From Candidatus Nomurabacteria bacterium (GTDB taxonomy: Bacteria > Patescibacteriota > Minisyncoccia > Phycocordibacterales > UBA9973), in NCBI GenBank assembly GCA_023267195.1, contig JAHFNT010000002.1:87830-151829 (forward strand): a stretch of 64,000 nucleotides of DNA. Reading direction: 5' to 3'. The notes beneath the pieces were generated by a model. That model made no database searches, was not told the origin of the DNA, and was given only the letters and a program-made list of their open reading frames with translations. Numbering within the stretch: position 1 is the stretch's first letter; every line of letters starts with the position of its first letter. The translations under genes were made by a program, and so were the position numbers. Shown piece after piece: positions 40,418 through 50,530 of the stretch.

Positions 40418-40798
40418 TTATTTTAACGCATTTACGGTGCTCTGGATCATCTCCGCAATAGCCCAAGAACCAAGCAGTATCCCAGCGCCGATTACTGTAT
40501 AAAGGAGGGCGTCCTTAGCCTTGGTAAGTTCTTCTTCCTTGCCTTGAGCTTTCACGAAAAGGAAACCGCAGTAAATAACAGCGAGCGCTATCAAGGGTAT
40601 GCCGACCTTAAGCGCGCCTTCTAAGATGACTTGAACAAGCCCTGGTATTGAGGTGATGTCCGGTATGGGGTTGCAGATTTTGCCGAGACAGGGATCAACA
40701 ACTGTTCCCCCTTGATCTGCAAATACAACAAAAACGGGCAGGAAAAAATAAAAACTACTTAAGATTAATTTCTGCCAATTTGTTTTTAAAAAATTCAT
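40418..40798 (-). CDS. TrbC/VirB2-like pilin
   Basis: CNPI, IYCGFLFVKAQGKEEELTKAK...GAGILLGSW; start moved to 40798. Confidence 0.75.
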   Translation of the reverse strand: MNFLKTNWQKLILSSFYFFLPVFVVFADQGGTVVDPCLGKICNPIPDITSIPGLVQVILEGALKVGIPLIALAVIYCGFLFVKAQGKEEELTKAKDALLYTVIGAGILLGSWAIAEMIQSTVNALK

Positions 40799-40817
40799 TA
40801 CATTATTATACTCCATC

Positions 40818-41237
40818 TTAAAATCCAATCCAAGCCGCATCTTTATAACCTAAAATTACTAAGATCGTTTTGATGATAAGCCAAGCGGCCAGGGCGATGA
40901 TCAAACCTAGCGCCGCGTTGGTAAAAATATTTTTGGCTTCCGTCTTGGCACTAGCAGATTCTTCCCCAGCTGTCACCAATTTAAACCCCGCGTAAGCAAA
41001 CATGATGGCACAAATTGGCACTACCATGTATTTCAAAGTGAAAGTTATGAGGTTATTAACCAAAGCCAAAATCGCATTAAAATCGCAAGGCTGACCTTGT
41101 GAATTATCGCAGGGAACCAAGGGGTCCCCAAATGAATAAGCCGTGGTGAGCATCGGCAGAACTAGAATCATAAAAACAAACACTGAAACGATTAGGAACT
41201 TAGGAGTGCAAATTTGAAATTTATTTATTTTAGACAT
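40818..41237 (-). CDS. TrbC/VirB2-like pilin
   Basis: LVPC...CDFN, YAGFKLVTAG...AK.IF...GLIIALAAWLII. Confidence 0.75.
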   Translation of the reverse strand: MSKINKFQICTPKFLIVSVFVFMILVLPMLTTAYSFGDPLVPCDNSQGQPCDFNAILALVNNLITFTLKYMVVPICAIMFAYAGFKLVTAGEESASAKTEAKNIFTNAALGLIIALAAWLIIKTILVILGYKDAAWIGF

Positions 41238-41242
41238 AAATA

Positions 41243-42532
41243 TTATCTGGATAATAAAAGATTCAGTTTGGAACTTGCGTCTTTGATGGCGTCCGAAGCA
41301 GAGAAATTATTGGAAAGTACTCCATTCACCATCCCGCTAAAAATACTATCAGTATCCCTAGAGGAAGGGTCAAGCCAGCTTCTAGCATAAAGAGCCGAAC
41401 TATAAAAAATAGGCGAAAAAGCATCCGCCGGTTTAGCGGCTAAGAGCTCTCGGCGAGCCGGGGCCACGCCCATAATAGAAGAAAAGCTCGAAGCAAAGCT
41501 AGAGGTTGATAGCAAGTTAGCTGCAGTAAAGGCCGTATTAAAATTCTTAGAAGAAGATAAAATAGCTATCCCCATCACCCGAGCGCCAGTTGATTTAAAA
41601 TTAGAATTTTTAATCTGCGGGATCGGCGCGACGAAAAAATTCTGATTTGGATTCCTGTTTACCAAAGATTGAAGTTCAGAAGCATAACCAAAATAAAAAG
41701 TTAAATCTTCTCTAGAAAAAGCGTCACTGGAATTCGGGAAAGATCTATTCCAAGAATACGCAGGGCTATTCGGATCCGCAAAATCCGTATAAAATTTTAA
41801 AATTGAAGCGAGGTTGTAATTGCCAATCGATGAATCCAAAGAGGAGTTAAAAATTCCATTGTTTTCCACCACGAGCGGATTGCCAGCTTGCATAAATAGG
41901 GTCGCGAGAATATCTTTCGCGTGAACCACGTTTGAAAAGTGCCCAAGCGCCACTGCTGGTTTGATTATTTTATTTGCATTATCTTTTTTAATGAGAGTGG
42001 GCACCATATTAGTAAGCTCATCCCAGGTCGCGGGAGGATAGACTACGCCATTTGCATCGAGGGCACTTCGGCTGTAATACATCATAAGCGGATCAATGGA
42101 CATAGGAAAGGCTAAAACTCCTTTGCTTGTCAAAAATACTTCCCCAGCTCCAGCAAAAATACTTTTGAAAGTAGAGAGCGGATAACTATTATAGGGAATG
42201 GTAAAGATTTTCTTGGCATAATGAAATACGAGATTATCCGGCAGGAAAAATAGATCCGGTCCCCTGCCTTCAGCTAAGGCCTCAAGCAGATCTTGATCAA
42301 AAGTACTGGCAGATTTCTCCACATAGTTCACTACGAATGTGGGATTGGCTTCGTTAAAATTCTTAAGCGCATTGCCCATTGCCGCAGCCGGAACAGTACC
42401 CCATAGCGTCACCGTGCCTAGGCCACCTGGCGCATCATTTTTGCCTAGCGGTATCGCACCGGAAAAAACCAAAACACCAAACACCGCGGCGACAATAAAT
42501 ACAGCTAAAATAATAATTTGAAAATTTTTCAT
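41243..42532 (-). CDS. Extracellular solute-binding protein (sugar ABC-type), no adjacent permease
   Basis: N-terminal anchor, VTLWG, AEGRGPDLF, PMSIDPL, PATWDEL, APIPQ. Confidence 0.8.
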   Translation of the reverse strand: MKNFQIIILAVFIVAAVFGVLVFSGAIPLGKNDAPGGLGTVTLWGTVPAAAMGNALKNFNEANPTFVVNYVEKSASTFDQDLLEALAEGRGPDLFFLPDNLVFHYAKKIFTIPYNSYPLSTFKSIFAGAGEVFLTSKGVLAFPMSIDPLMMYYSRSALDANGVVYPPATWDELTNMVPTLIKKDNANKIIKPAVALGHFSNVVHAKDILATLFMQAGNPLVVENNGIFNSSLDSSIGNYNLASILKFYTDFADPNSPAYSWNRSFPNSSDAFSREDLTFYFGYASELQSLVNRNPNQNFFVAPIPQIKNSNFKSTGARVMGIAILSSSKNFNTAFTAANLLSTSSFASSFSSIMGVAPARRELLAAKPADAFSPIFYSSALYARSWLDPSSRDTDSIFSGMVNGVLSNNFSASDAIKDASSKLNLLLSR

Positions 42533-42546
42533 CCTGTTGCTTAATT

Positions 42547-43068
42547 TTAATCCTTCATTAATATCATACCATAATGATGACTTCCCGCATCAATCTCTCG
42601 TTCCCAAGTAAAACCCTTTTTCTCAAACATTTCACGGGCTTTTTGCTTGGGCACAACTCTCATTCCGGTAATAGCAGACACTTCCGACCAATCAATCAAA
42701 AGCACCTTCCCCTTCGGCCTCAGGATTCTCTTCGTTTCTAAAATAAAATTTTCTCTATCTTCTACTTGGAAAAGTATATTGGAAGCAATCACCGCATCGA
42801 TAACGCTATCCCCTATTTTTGTTCCGCCTATTTTCTCCACATTGCCCCAAATTATTTCCACATTGCCGAGATGCGCTTCTTTTACTTTGCTTTGAATTGT
42901 GTCCAAAAAATCTTTCTGTAATTCAACTGCGTATACTTTGCCTCTCGGCACAATCTTTCCGAGCAGAACCGAATAGTATCCAGTGCCAGCACCCAAATCG
43001 GCGACAATACTGCCTTCTTGCAATCCAAGAGTTTTTAAATTTTTTAATGGATCGGTGAACACCCGCAT
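42547..43068 (-). CDS. Class I SAM-dependent methyltransferase
   Basis: VADLGAGTG, VYAVE, ILRPKGKVLLIDW. Confidence 0.9.
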   Translation of the reverse strand: MRVFTDPLKNLKTLGLQEGSIVADLGAGTGYYSVLLGKIVPRGKVYAVELQKDFLDTIQSKVKEAHLGNVEIIWGNVEKIGGTKIGDSVIDAVIASNILFQVEDRENFILETKRILRPKGKVLLIDWSEVSAITGMRVVPKQKAREMFEKKGFTWEREIDAGSHHYGMILMKD

Positions 43069-43081
43069 ATTATAATATAAA

Positions 43082-43114
43082 TTTAAAAATCCCGCACTAT
43101 GCGGGATTTTTAAA
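43082..43114 (-). terminator. Intrinsic terminator
   Basis: tttaaaaatcccgca-cta-tgcgggatttttaaa. Confidence 0.8.
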
Positions 43115-43126
43115 CCTTTTTTTGAA

Positions 43127-44047
43127 TTAGAAATTATCCAACCCTTGGGGCTCTGTGGATGTGGTTCCGCAAAGTTTTACATCAGTTTTCCATTTTGACC
43201 AGGCATCTTTTACCGAAACTAAACGTACACCACGAGCTGTATTTTGTGCTGTTTTAAAATTAGTCCAAGCAGTATTTATCGCCTTATTTCTTTCAGAAAC
43301 AACAGTTTTATCCCAAGCTTCTAGTAGAGCTGCTTTTCTTGTTTGTAAAGATGCCGCTACTGAGTTGGTAAACGTAGACACACTGGCAGCTACCGTTTGT
43401 TCTCTTAGAGAAAGAGCGTCTTTTACACAAGCGATATTGACATTAACAACAATTGGAATATTAACTTTAAATTTACCATAACTTACCGTTACCCTTTTAT
43501 CAGTCGATTTAATATCACCTCCATCTTTTATGGTCGTGGTAAATCCTAAACTTTCAAAAACGGCCTGTGTGCTAAAAACAACGTCTTCCCTTGTTCCATC
43601 CGATTTAATTAATGTTACAATCAAACCAGCTAAATTTAATTTCTCCCCAAAAGTATAGGTGGTTTTATAAGGTTGTTGTTTTACTTCAAATTTTACCGGT
43701 CTAGTTACGGTAATAGCTTGACTCACTGTTTTGCCCCCTACTCTTATCACAACTTTATTACCAGTAAATAGACTGGTCCCATTTGCGGGACTTGTGGTAA
43801 TACCATTAGCACTAAAAGCACTAGTTGAAAAGATAACATCCCTATCAACAGAAATTCCATTACTTTTAGATGATATCGTTACCACTAATCCTGTCAAATC
43901 TAGCAACTCTCCTGCTTTATAATTAACTTTTACGGGTGGTGTCGTAACCTTGACACCGGTAATTATGGAAACATCTTGAGCATAAACCGAAGAACTAAAC
44001 GCAAACAAAATCATCAAAAATCCAAGAAACGATATTGCTTTTTTCAT
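43127..44047 (-). CDS. Secreted protein with two bacterial Ig-like repeats and a disulfide-closed helical C-terminal domain
   Basis: Signal peptide; repeats PVKVNYKAGELLDLTGLVVT and PYKTTYTFGEKLNLAGLIVT; ACVK...KLCG. Confidence 0.7.
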   Translation of the reverse strand: MKKAISFLGFLMILFAFSSSVYAQDVSIITGVKVTTPPVKVNYKAGELLDLTGLVVTISSKSNGISVDRDVIFSTSAFSANGITTSPANGTSLFTGNKVVIRVGGKTVSQAITVTRPVKFEVKQQPYKTTYTFGEKLNLAGLIVTLIKSDGTREDVVFSTQAVFESLGFTTTIKDGGDIKSTDKRVTVSYGKFKVNIPIVVNVNIACVKDALSLREQTVAASVSTFTNSVAASLQTRKAALLEAWDKTVVSERNKAINTAWTNFKTAQNTARGVRLVSVKDAWSKWKTDVKLCGTTSTEPQGLDNF

Positions 44048-44129
44048 TTTTTAATTAATTTAATTTATAAATTCAAACTTACCCATGTCGACCCTGTGCT
44101 TATATCTCATAATATAACATAAAAAATCA

Positions 44130-46592
44130 TTATATGCAGGCAAGCGAAGCAATTCCATCTCCAGAACGCAGGCGCATAACAGTAACACCTTGGGTCTGAC
44201 GACCAAGGCTAGAAATATCTTTGAGTGCAGTGCGAATGACTTGTCCCTTTTTAGACATGGCAATTAATTCATGTTCTTCGCCGGAGAGAACTTTTGCTAC
44301 AATCAATTTGCCAGTTTTAGGAGTTACTTTGGCAGTCTTTACACCTGAACCGCCACGCTTTTGAACTTTGTATTCTTTCAAATCAGTCTTTTTACCGAAA
44401 CCGTTCGCGCTCATGGTTAAGAAAAAGCCCTCTCTCTTTTCCTTCCTTACCACATCCACACTAATAACCTCGTCATTTTTACCTAATTTTATCCCAGTCA
44501 CACCTCCCGCCGTTCGGCCCATTTCTCGCACATCAGATTCTTTGAAGCGAATAGATTGGCCCTCGGCTGTCGCCATCATCACCTCATCACCCTTTTCTGT
44601 CACCAAAGCAGAGATGAGCTGATCGTCTTTATCCAGACGTATCGCAATAATGCCACTTCGGCGAACATCTTTAAAACTTTCGGACGCCATTTTTTTAGCA
44701 ACTCCATTTTTCGTCACAAGCATTAAAGAGGTTTTTTCCGCGCCAAGGTCTTTGGGCATCGCCAAAATTGAATTCACCTTTTCTTCTGAAGAAAGCGCCA
44801 GGAAATTCATGATAGATTTTCCCTTCGTAGCCCGGCGCCCTTCCGGAATGTCATACATTTTCATTTGATAAACTTTGCCCAAATTTGTGAAGAATAGAAG
44901 ATTGCTGTGGGTCGAACCAGACACCAGCATGGTGACAAAATCTTCTTCTTTGGTTTCAAGATCAATTACGCCTACTCCACCGCGTTTCTGTGCGCGGTAT
45001 TCAGAAGGATCCGTGCACTTTACATATCCACCGGCGGTGAGCACTAGCATTGTTTCTTTTTCCGGCACCAGATCTTCGTCGGAAATCTCTTTTACACCGC
45101 CTTTAACTATTTTGGTTCTTCGCTCATCAGCATATTTCTCTCGGATTTCTTTTAATTCTCCGGAGATTGTTTTTAAAATCTTCTTTGGGCTTGCGAGCAA
45201 ATCTTTCATGAGAGCGATAAATTCCTGTTTCTCGGCCAGTTCATCCTCCACAGCCTTCCTCTCCAAACCGGCAAGCTTAGAAAGCTTCATTTCCAAAATC
45301 GCCGTCGCCTGCAAATCTGAAAACTTAAATTCTTTTATCAAATTAACTTTTGCCACCTGAGAATCTTTGGACGCGCGAATGACACTAATGACTCGATCTA
45401 TTTTATCAAGCGCTTTCTTCAGACCAAGCAAGATATGCTCACGCTCTTCTGCTCTTCGTAAATCATAAGCACTTCGGCGCTTTACAATTTCCTTTCTGTG
45501 ATCAATGAAAAGCGCCAGAATGGATTTGAGCGAGAGGGTTTGTGGCACGCCGTCCACCAAGGCCACCATATTGAAATTGAAATTTGATTCGAGCTGGGTA
45601 TTTTTATAAATATAATTTAAAACTTTTTCCGGATGCGCGCTACTTTTGAGATCAATCACGATACGGATATCTTTCGTTGATTCATCACGAAGGCCTTTGA
45701 TACCCTCCAGCTTTTTTTCTTGCACTAATTCCGCAATACTGACTATTAAATTTGATTTATTTACTCTAAAAGGAAGCGAAGTAATAATAATGGAAAAATT
45801 ACCGTCTTTCTGCTCCACTATTTCCGCTTCGCCTCTGCACACCACTCCGCCCCGCCCCGAAGAATATGCATGAAGCATGTCTTTAGAGCCAAAAGCGATT
45901 CCGCCAGTCGGGAAATCCGGACCCTTGATAAATTGCATCAGATCTTCTGTGGTCGCTTCCTCATTTTCAATCAAATAATTTGTGGCATCGAGCACTTCTC
46001 CAATATTGTGTGAAGGAATATTCGTCGCCATACCGACAGCGATACCAAGCGTACCATTTAAAAGAAGCGCTGGAACCGAAGAAGGAAAGACGATTGGTTC
46101 TTTTCTGGTCTGGTCATAGTTGGGACGAAAATCAACTGTTTCTTTTTCTAAATCCCTCAAAAGCTCGGAAGAAATCTTAGACATTTTCGCTTCGGTATAA
46201 CGCATGGCCGCGGCATTGTCCCCATCTATCGAACCGAAGTTTCCCTGACCCAAGACCAACGGATAACGATAGGAGAATTCTTGCGCCATGCCCACCATTG
46301 AATCATACACAGCCGTATCTCCATGGGGATGATACTTACCGAGCACGTCTCCGACTACTGCCGCAGATTTACGGAAGCGTGCTGAAGATGTTAATCCCAT
46401 TTCATGCATTGCGAAAAGAATCCTACGATGCACCGGCTTGAGTCCGTCCCGCACATCCGGAAGTGCCCGCGAAGTAATGACAGACATCGCATACGCCAAA
46501 TATGACTCTTTCATTTCCGCCACTACATCAACTGGCAGAATAGTATCTGATCGCACCTCTTTATTTGATTCTTCTCCTTTATTCTTTGCCAT
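44130..46592 (-). CDS. gyrA: DNA gyrase subunit A
   Basis: [22 protein letters not shown], GyrA-box QKRGGVG. Confidence 0.98.
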   Translation of the reverse strand: MAKNKGEESNKEVRSDTILPVDVVAEMKESYLAYAMSVITSRALPDVRDGLKPVHRRILFAMHEMGLTSSARFRKSAAVVGDVLGKYHPHGDTAVYDSMVGMAQEFSYRYPLVLGQGNFGSIDGDNAAAMRYTEAKMSKISSELLRDLEKETVDFRPNYDQTRKEPIVFPSSVPALLLNGTLGIAVGMATNIPSHNIGEVLDATNYLIENEEATTEDLMQFIKGPDFPTGGIAFGSKDMLHAYSSGRGGVVCRGEAEIVEQKDGNFSIIITSLPFRVNKSNLIVSIAELVQEKKLEGIKGLRDESTKDIRIVIDLKSSAHPEKVLNYIYKNTQLESNFNFNMVALVDGVPQTLSLKSILALFIDHRKEIVKRRSAYDLRRAEEREHILLGLKKALDKIDRVISVIRASKDSQVAKVNLIKEFKFSDLQATAILEMKLSKLAGLERKAVEDELAEKQEFIALMKDLLASPKKILKTISGELKEIREKYADERRTKIVKGGVKEISDEDLVPEKETMLVLTAGGYVKCTDPSEYRAQKRGGVGVIDLETKEEDFVTMLVSGSTHSNLLFFTNLGKVYQMKMYDIPEGRRATKGKSIMNFLALSSEEKVNSILAMPKDLGAEKTSLMLVTKNGVAKKMASESFKDVRRSGIIAIRLDKDDQLISALVTEKGDEVMMATAEGQSIRFKESDVREMGRTAGGVTGIKLGKNDEVISVDVVRKEKREGFFLTMSANGFGKKTDLKEYKVQKRGGSGVKTAKVTPKTGKLIVAKVLSGEEHELIAMSKKGQVIRTALKDISSLGRQTQGVTVMRLRSGDGIASLACI

Positions 46593-46614
46593 AAAATGGA
46601 TCGCGGGCTCTAAA

Positions 46615-46842
46615 TTATTCTGTTATGCTGTTATATCCTCCCACTATATTTGCTTTTAACGCAGAAAGAGGTTCTAAATCTTCGTTTATTTTTGCTTGGG
46701 TTTTTGGGTCAGTGACATTTCTCCCCAGTGAATAAACCCACAATAAAGCCAAAATAATCCCGAGCACCATAGTCGAAACATGCAAGATATGCCTGCGTAC
46801 TCCTTCTGGCTGTCTTCTAATATGATGAATTATTTTTCGCAT
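46615..46842 (-). CDS. Small single-TM hypothetical protein
   Basis: 75-aa ORF co-oriented with neighbours; TAGAAT 7 nt before ATG. Confidence 0.6.
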   Translation of the reverse strand: MRKIIHHIRRQPEGVRRHILHVSTMVLGIILALLWVYSLGRNVTDPKTQAKINEDLEPLSALKANIVGGYNSITE

Positions 46843-46871
46843 GTTATTTATTCTAACTTATTTTATAAATT

Positions 46872-47501
46872 TTAACTCGCCTGCAAAACCACCACCTCCC
46901 CTTCTTTATTGTCTAAGTCCTTTCTCTTTAAAGTAAGCTTATCAACTTTTTCCGCTTTTTCTTCACCCAACTCCTTTAAAAATAATTTAAGTGTGCCATC
47001 ATCATAATCCATTGGAATTATTAATTTGGGTTCAAGCGAGGAAGCGAGCTTGGCGGAAGCTTTGGCGTCAAGCATGTCTCCTTTTCCACCGACAGGAATG
47101 AAAAGAACATCGGGGGTATTGATGGCCTCGCGAGAATCTTTGGAAAGCTCGGGATCCGAAAGGGCTCCTAAAAAAGCAATATTAATGCTGTCCACTGAAA
47201 ACAAATAAATTGTATTGACGTATTTTTTATTGGCGATTAAAGAATTGGATAGTACTCCTTTAATAAAGATTTCTTTTATCTCATAATCTCCCGGCCCGGA
47301 AATAACAAAGGGCGCCCTCTCGCCATGAGACAACTGTTCAACCCCATTGTAGTCTGGATGATTGGTAGTGACCAAGGCAATATCCGCGCCAAAGTGCGCA
47401 GAGATGCCTGTTTTGGATTCTTTGCTGACAGGATTAAAAGCCAGAACCATTTCCCCTTGCCCAATCTTGAAAAATTGTTTGCCGAAATACGTGATGATCA
47501 T
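46872..47501 (-). CDS. Metallo-beta-lactamase-fold protein (metal ligands degenerate)
   Basis: MIITYFGKQFF, ADIALVTTNHPDYN, PGDYEI, DVLFIPVGG, EPKLIIPMDY. Confidence 0.75.
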   Translation of the reverse strand: MIITYFGKQFFKIGQGEMVLAFNPVSKESKTGISAHFGADIALVTTNHPDYNGVEQLSHGERAPFVISGPGDYEIKEIFIKGVLSNSLIANKKYVNTIYLFSVDSINIAFLGALSDPELSKDSREAINTPDVLFIPVGGKGDMLDAKASAKLASSLEPKLIIPMDYDDGTLKLFLKELGEEKAEKVDKLTLKRKDLDNKEGEVVVLQAS

Positions 47502-47596
47502 TAGTCTCATTATAGCAGAAAAGAGAAGAAAAAGGTAGTTTGAAAATTCAAAAATTGTTAGAATATTAAGTTCTATGTGTTAGAATAATAAATAAT

Positions 47597-49195
47597 ATGA
47601 GCATTTTTGAAAGATGGCAAACAGGTATAGAAACAAAAACAAGTGCTGAAAAATTACCAAAATATCTGTCTATGTATAAAATTCCCGGGCACGAACAGAT
47701 AACTTATCACTCTTTTGTCAGATACCAAAAAGATAAAAAGCAAGATAAAGCGATAAAGGAAGCGGCAGATTTTGCGGCGAATTATAAAAAAAGGATAAAA
47801 AACTCCTCTCCTGAAGATATGATTACATTGATCGAGCAGGGCCTCGCTGAAAATAATGTAAAAACGCAAATAATGTGCGTAGAAATGATTAGGTATGTTA
47901 AAGAGATTGGCAAAAGATTTTCTCTTATTGAAAAGGTAATTGACATCGACAATGAAGAGTTGCAAGCCGCCTGCGCAGAAGCTGTCAGATATGTTCCATT
48001 GGATAAAAGAGATATCTTGATTGAAAAAGGTTTAAACTCCAACAATGAGGAAATACAAGCAGTTTACGCGGAAATGATTAGGTGTGTTCAAGAAGGCAGA
48101 AGAGCTGCATTAATTGAAAAATGCTTAGACATCTGTGGTCTAAAAGCTAGGGTTGTCGCAGCCTTAATGATTTTTCAATATACTACACCAAAAAACCGTC
48201 CAATGCTTGAAGAAAAAGTAGCTGCATTAGTTAAAAATTATTTATCTAGCAATAATGCTAAATTGCAAATAGGTTGTATCAAGATGATATGGAACGCACC
48301 AAAAGATCAGATGTCCACACTAATTGAACAAGGTATTGATACCAACAATATTGAAGTTCAGGCAGCTTGCGCTGGTATGATTGAATATATTATAGAAACT
48401 AACGAAAGAAAAAAACTTAGGGCAAAAATATACAGTGTTATAGAACAGGGTTTTGAAACAAACGATCCAGAAAAACATCTGTTTTGCGCAGAAATGATTC
48501 GCAGTATACCGACAGATCAACAAAATTTGCTTGGAGACAAGTTGGCATCTTTAATAAAAAAAATACTTGAATCTGACAATAGTAATGAAATTAAAAAAGT
48601 GTACGCGGCTATGATCTGTTATGCATCAGAAAACAAAAAAGCAGACCTTTTTAAGCAAGCCTGGGGGAAACTAGGCAATACTTTAATAGAACCACCTTTG
48701 TATGAAAATATGGATATGTCCAAAAGAAAATTTTCAAGAATGGAATTTTCAAAAACCGGTTCAGAAACTACGTTAATTGGAGGCAAATTAAAAGATAAAA
48801 TAATAATTAGGCATATTACACCAGAATCTTTCTTGGCCTGGCAAAAATTATACGAGGATTATGAAATGTGGGCAAAAGCAGGCTTTGATTATGTGCCCAT
48901 AGAACCAATACAGTCGTTTAAGTTAAATGGAAATGGTCTAGTCGATGTGTATAGTGGTGTTTTAGATTTGAATTTGGATGATTGGAAAAAATATATAGGA
49001 GGATATGACCGAGCTTTAGATGGTGTTAAAGAGCGCATAAAAGGTATTTTAATAGAAAGAGGAATAATTCATGGGCATGATTATCATGACGGAAATTTCT
49101 GCCTACGTTTTTTTAGAGACAAAAATGGCAATATAGATTTTAGTAAAAAACCACGTGTTTATATTATTGATTTTGACATGGCCACAATCATGTAG
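47597..49195 (+). CDS. Helical (HEAT-like) repeat protein with C-terminal kinase-like domain
   Basis: Repeats LIEKGL...N.E.Q..CAEMI; HGHDYHDGNF and IIDFDMA. Confidence 0.6.
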   Translation: MSIFERWQTGIETKTSAEKLPKYLSMYKIPGHEQITYHSFVRYQKDKKQDKAIKEAADFAANYKKRIKNSSPEDMITLIEQGLAENNVKTQIMCVEMIRYVKEIGKRFSLIEKVIDIDNEELQAACAEAVRYVPLDKRDILIEKGLNSNNEEIQAVYAEMIRCVQEGRRAALIEKCLDICGLKARVVAALMIFQYTTPKNRPMLEEKVAALVKNYLSSNNAKLQIGCIKMIWNAPKDQMSTLIEQGIDTNNIEVQAACAGMIEYIIETNERKKLRAKIYSVIEQGFETNDPEKHLFCAEMIRSIPTDQQNLLGDKLASLIKKILESDNSNEIKKVYAAMICYASENKKADLFKQAWGKLGNTLIEPPLYENMDMSKRKFSRMEFSKTGSETTLIGGKLKDKIIIRHITPESFLAWQKLYEDYEMWAKAGFDYVPIEPIQSFKLNGNGLVDVYSGVLDLNLDDWKKYIGGYDRALDGVKERIKGILIERGIIHGHDYHDGNFCLRFFRDKNGNIDFSKKPRVYIIDFDMATIM

Positions 49196-49314
49196 AAAAA
49201 TACCATAACCCAGGGCTTGCGTTTTTGTAGTTTTATAGTAGTATGAATTTACTCCGACGGAAAGTCGTAGAACCGACCACAGCGTCGGCTTTAAAAGCAG
49301 GATTTGGGGTAACC

Positions 49315-49332
49315 ATCCGACCCAGGTCGGAT
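49315..49332. repeat. Family B-like hairpin in the rpsA leader
   Basis: atccgacccaggtcggat. Confidence 0.55.
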
Positions 49333-49373
49333 AACCTAGACCTTATATCCGCTTTGCGCGGATTTTTAATTTT

Positions 49374-50459
49374 ATGTACAAAAAAGACGAGACAGTAGTA
49401 GAAGAAAATACAGTTTTAAGTTCTATTGTTGACAGAAGCGCGAGCAAGCCCAAAGTTGATTCTTTAGTGGAGGGTCCAGTAATTTTGGTGCAGAAATCAT
49501 CGGTGTATGTAGACTTGGCGCCTTTCGGCACTGGTATTATTTACGGCCGGGAATTTATTAACGCCAAAGATGTAATTAATAAAATCAGTCTTGGCGACAT
49601 CATTAAGGCAAAAGTTGTTGAAGTAGAAAACGAAGACGGTTATACGGAACTTTCTTTGAAAGAGGCAAAACAAGCCCTAGCTTGGAGTGAAGCAGAAAAA
49701 GCGATAAAAGCTAAAACTGTCCTTAATTTAGAAGTGAAAGATGCAAACAAAGGAGGCTTGATCTTGGAGTGGCAAGGCATTACAGGCTTTTTGCCAGCTT
49801 CTCAACTCAAAGCAGATCATTATCCTCGCGTGCTAGATTCAGATAAAGATAAAATATTGAAAGAACTGAAGAAGTTAGTTGGAGAAAAAATCTCCGTGAT
49901 GATTATTTCCACCCTGCCAAAAGAAGGCAAATTAATCTTTTCCGAAAAAGACAATAATCCGGAGGAAAAGAAAGAAATCTTAAGCAAATACACTGTTGGC
50001 GATAGTCTCGACTGCACTGTTGCCGGCATTGTGGACTTCGGAGTTTTTCTTAAACTCGAAGATGGACTTGAGGGTCTGGTACATATCTCTGAACTAGATT
50101 GGGGGCTGGTGGAGGATCCACGCAACATGTTTAAGGTTGGAGATAAAGTAAAAGCTAAAGTGATTGAAATTAAAGACGGCAAGATTTCCCTCTCCATCAA
50201 AGCACTGAAGGAAAATCCTTGGAAAGAGTTTGAAGGCAAGCTCAAAAAGGGCGATATCATCAAAGGGGTCGTCATTAAATACAACAAACATGGTGCACTG
50301 GTATCTATCAAAGAAGGCGTAGCCGGACTTGTCCACAATTCCACCTTCCCCTCAGAAGCAGCCCTCCGCGCAAAATTAGAACTTGGCAAAAATTATAATT
50401 TCCAAATCACACTTTTTGAACCAAAAGATCAGAAGATGACCTTGGTTTACCTTGAGTAA
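49374..50459 (+). CDS. rpsA: Ribosomal protein S1 (short, about 4 S1 domains)
   Basis: ANKGGL...GFLPASQL, FGVF...EGLVHISEL, KISLSIK. Confidence 0.85.
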   Translation: MYKKDETVVEENTVLSSIVDRSASKPKVDSLVEGPVILVQKSSVYVDLAPFGTGIIYGREFINAKDVINKISLGDIIKAKVVEVENEDGYTELSLKEAKQALAWSEAEKAIKAKTVLNLEVKDANKGGLILEWQGITGFLPASQLKADHYPRVLDSDKDKILKELKKLVGEKISVMIISTLPKEGKLIFSEKDNNPEEKKEILSKYTVGDSLDCTVAGIVDFGVFLKLEDGLEGLVHISELDWGLVEDPRNMFKVGDKVKAKVIEIKDGKISLSIKALKENPWKEFEGKLKKGDIIKGVVIKYNKHGALVSIKEGVAGLVHNSTFPSEAALRAKLELGKNYNFQITLFEPKDQKMTLVYLE

Positions 50460-50498
50460 GTCGAAAGGTTTATTTGGAAGATAATAAATAACTTGAGC

Positions 50499-50530
50499 AA
50501 ACAAAAAACCCTGAGCGGGGTTTTTTGTTT
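50499..50530. terminator. Bidirectional terminator
   Basis: aaacaaaaaaccc-tgagcg-gggttttttgttt between convergent genes. Confidence 0.75.
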
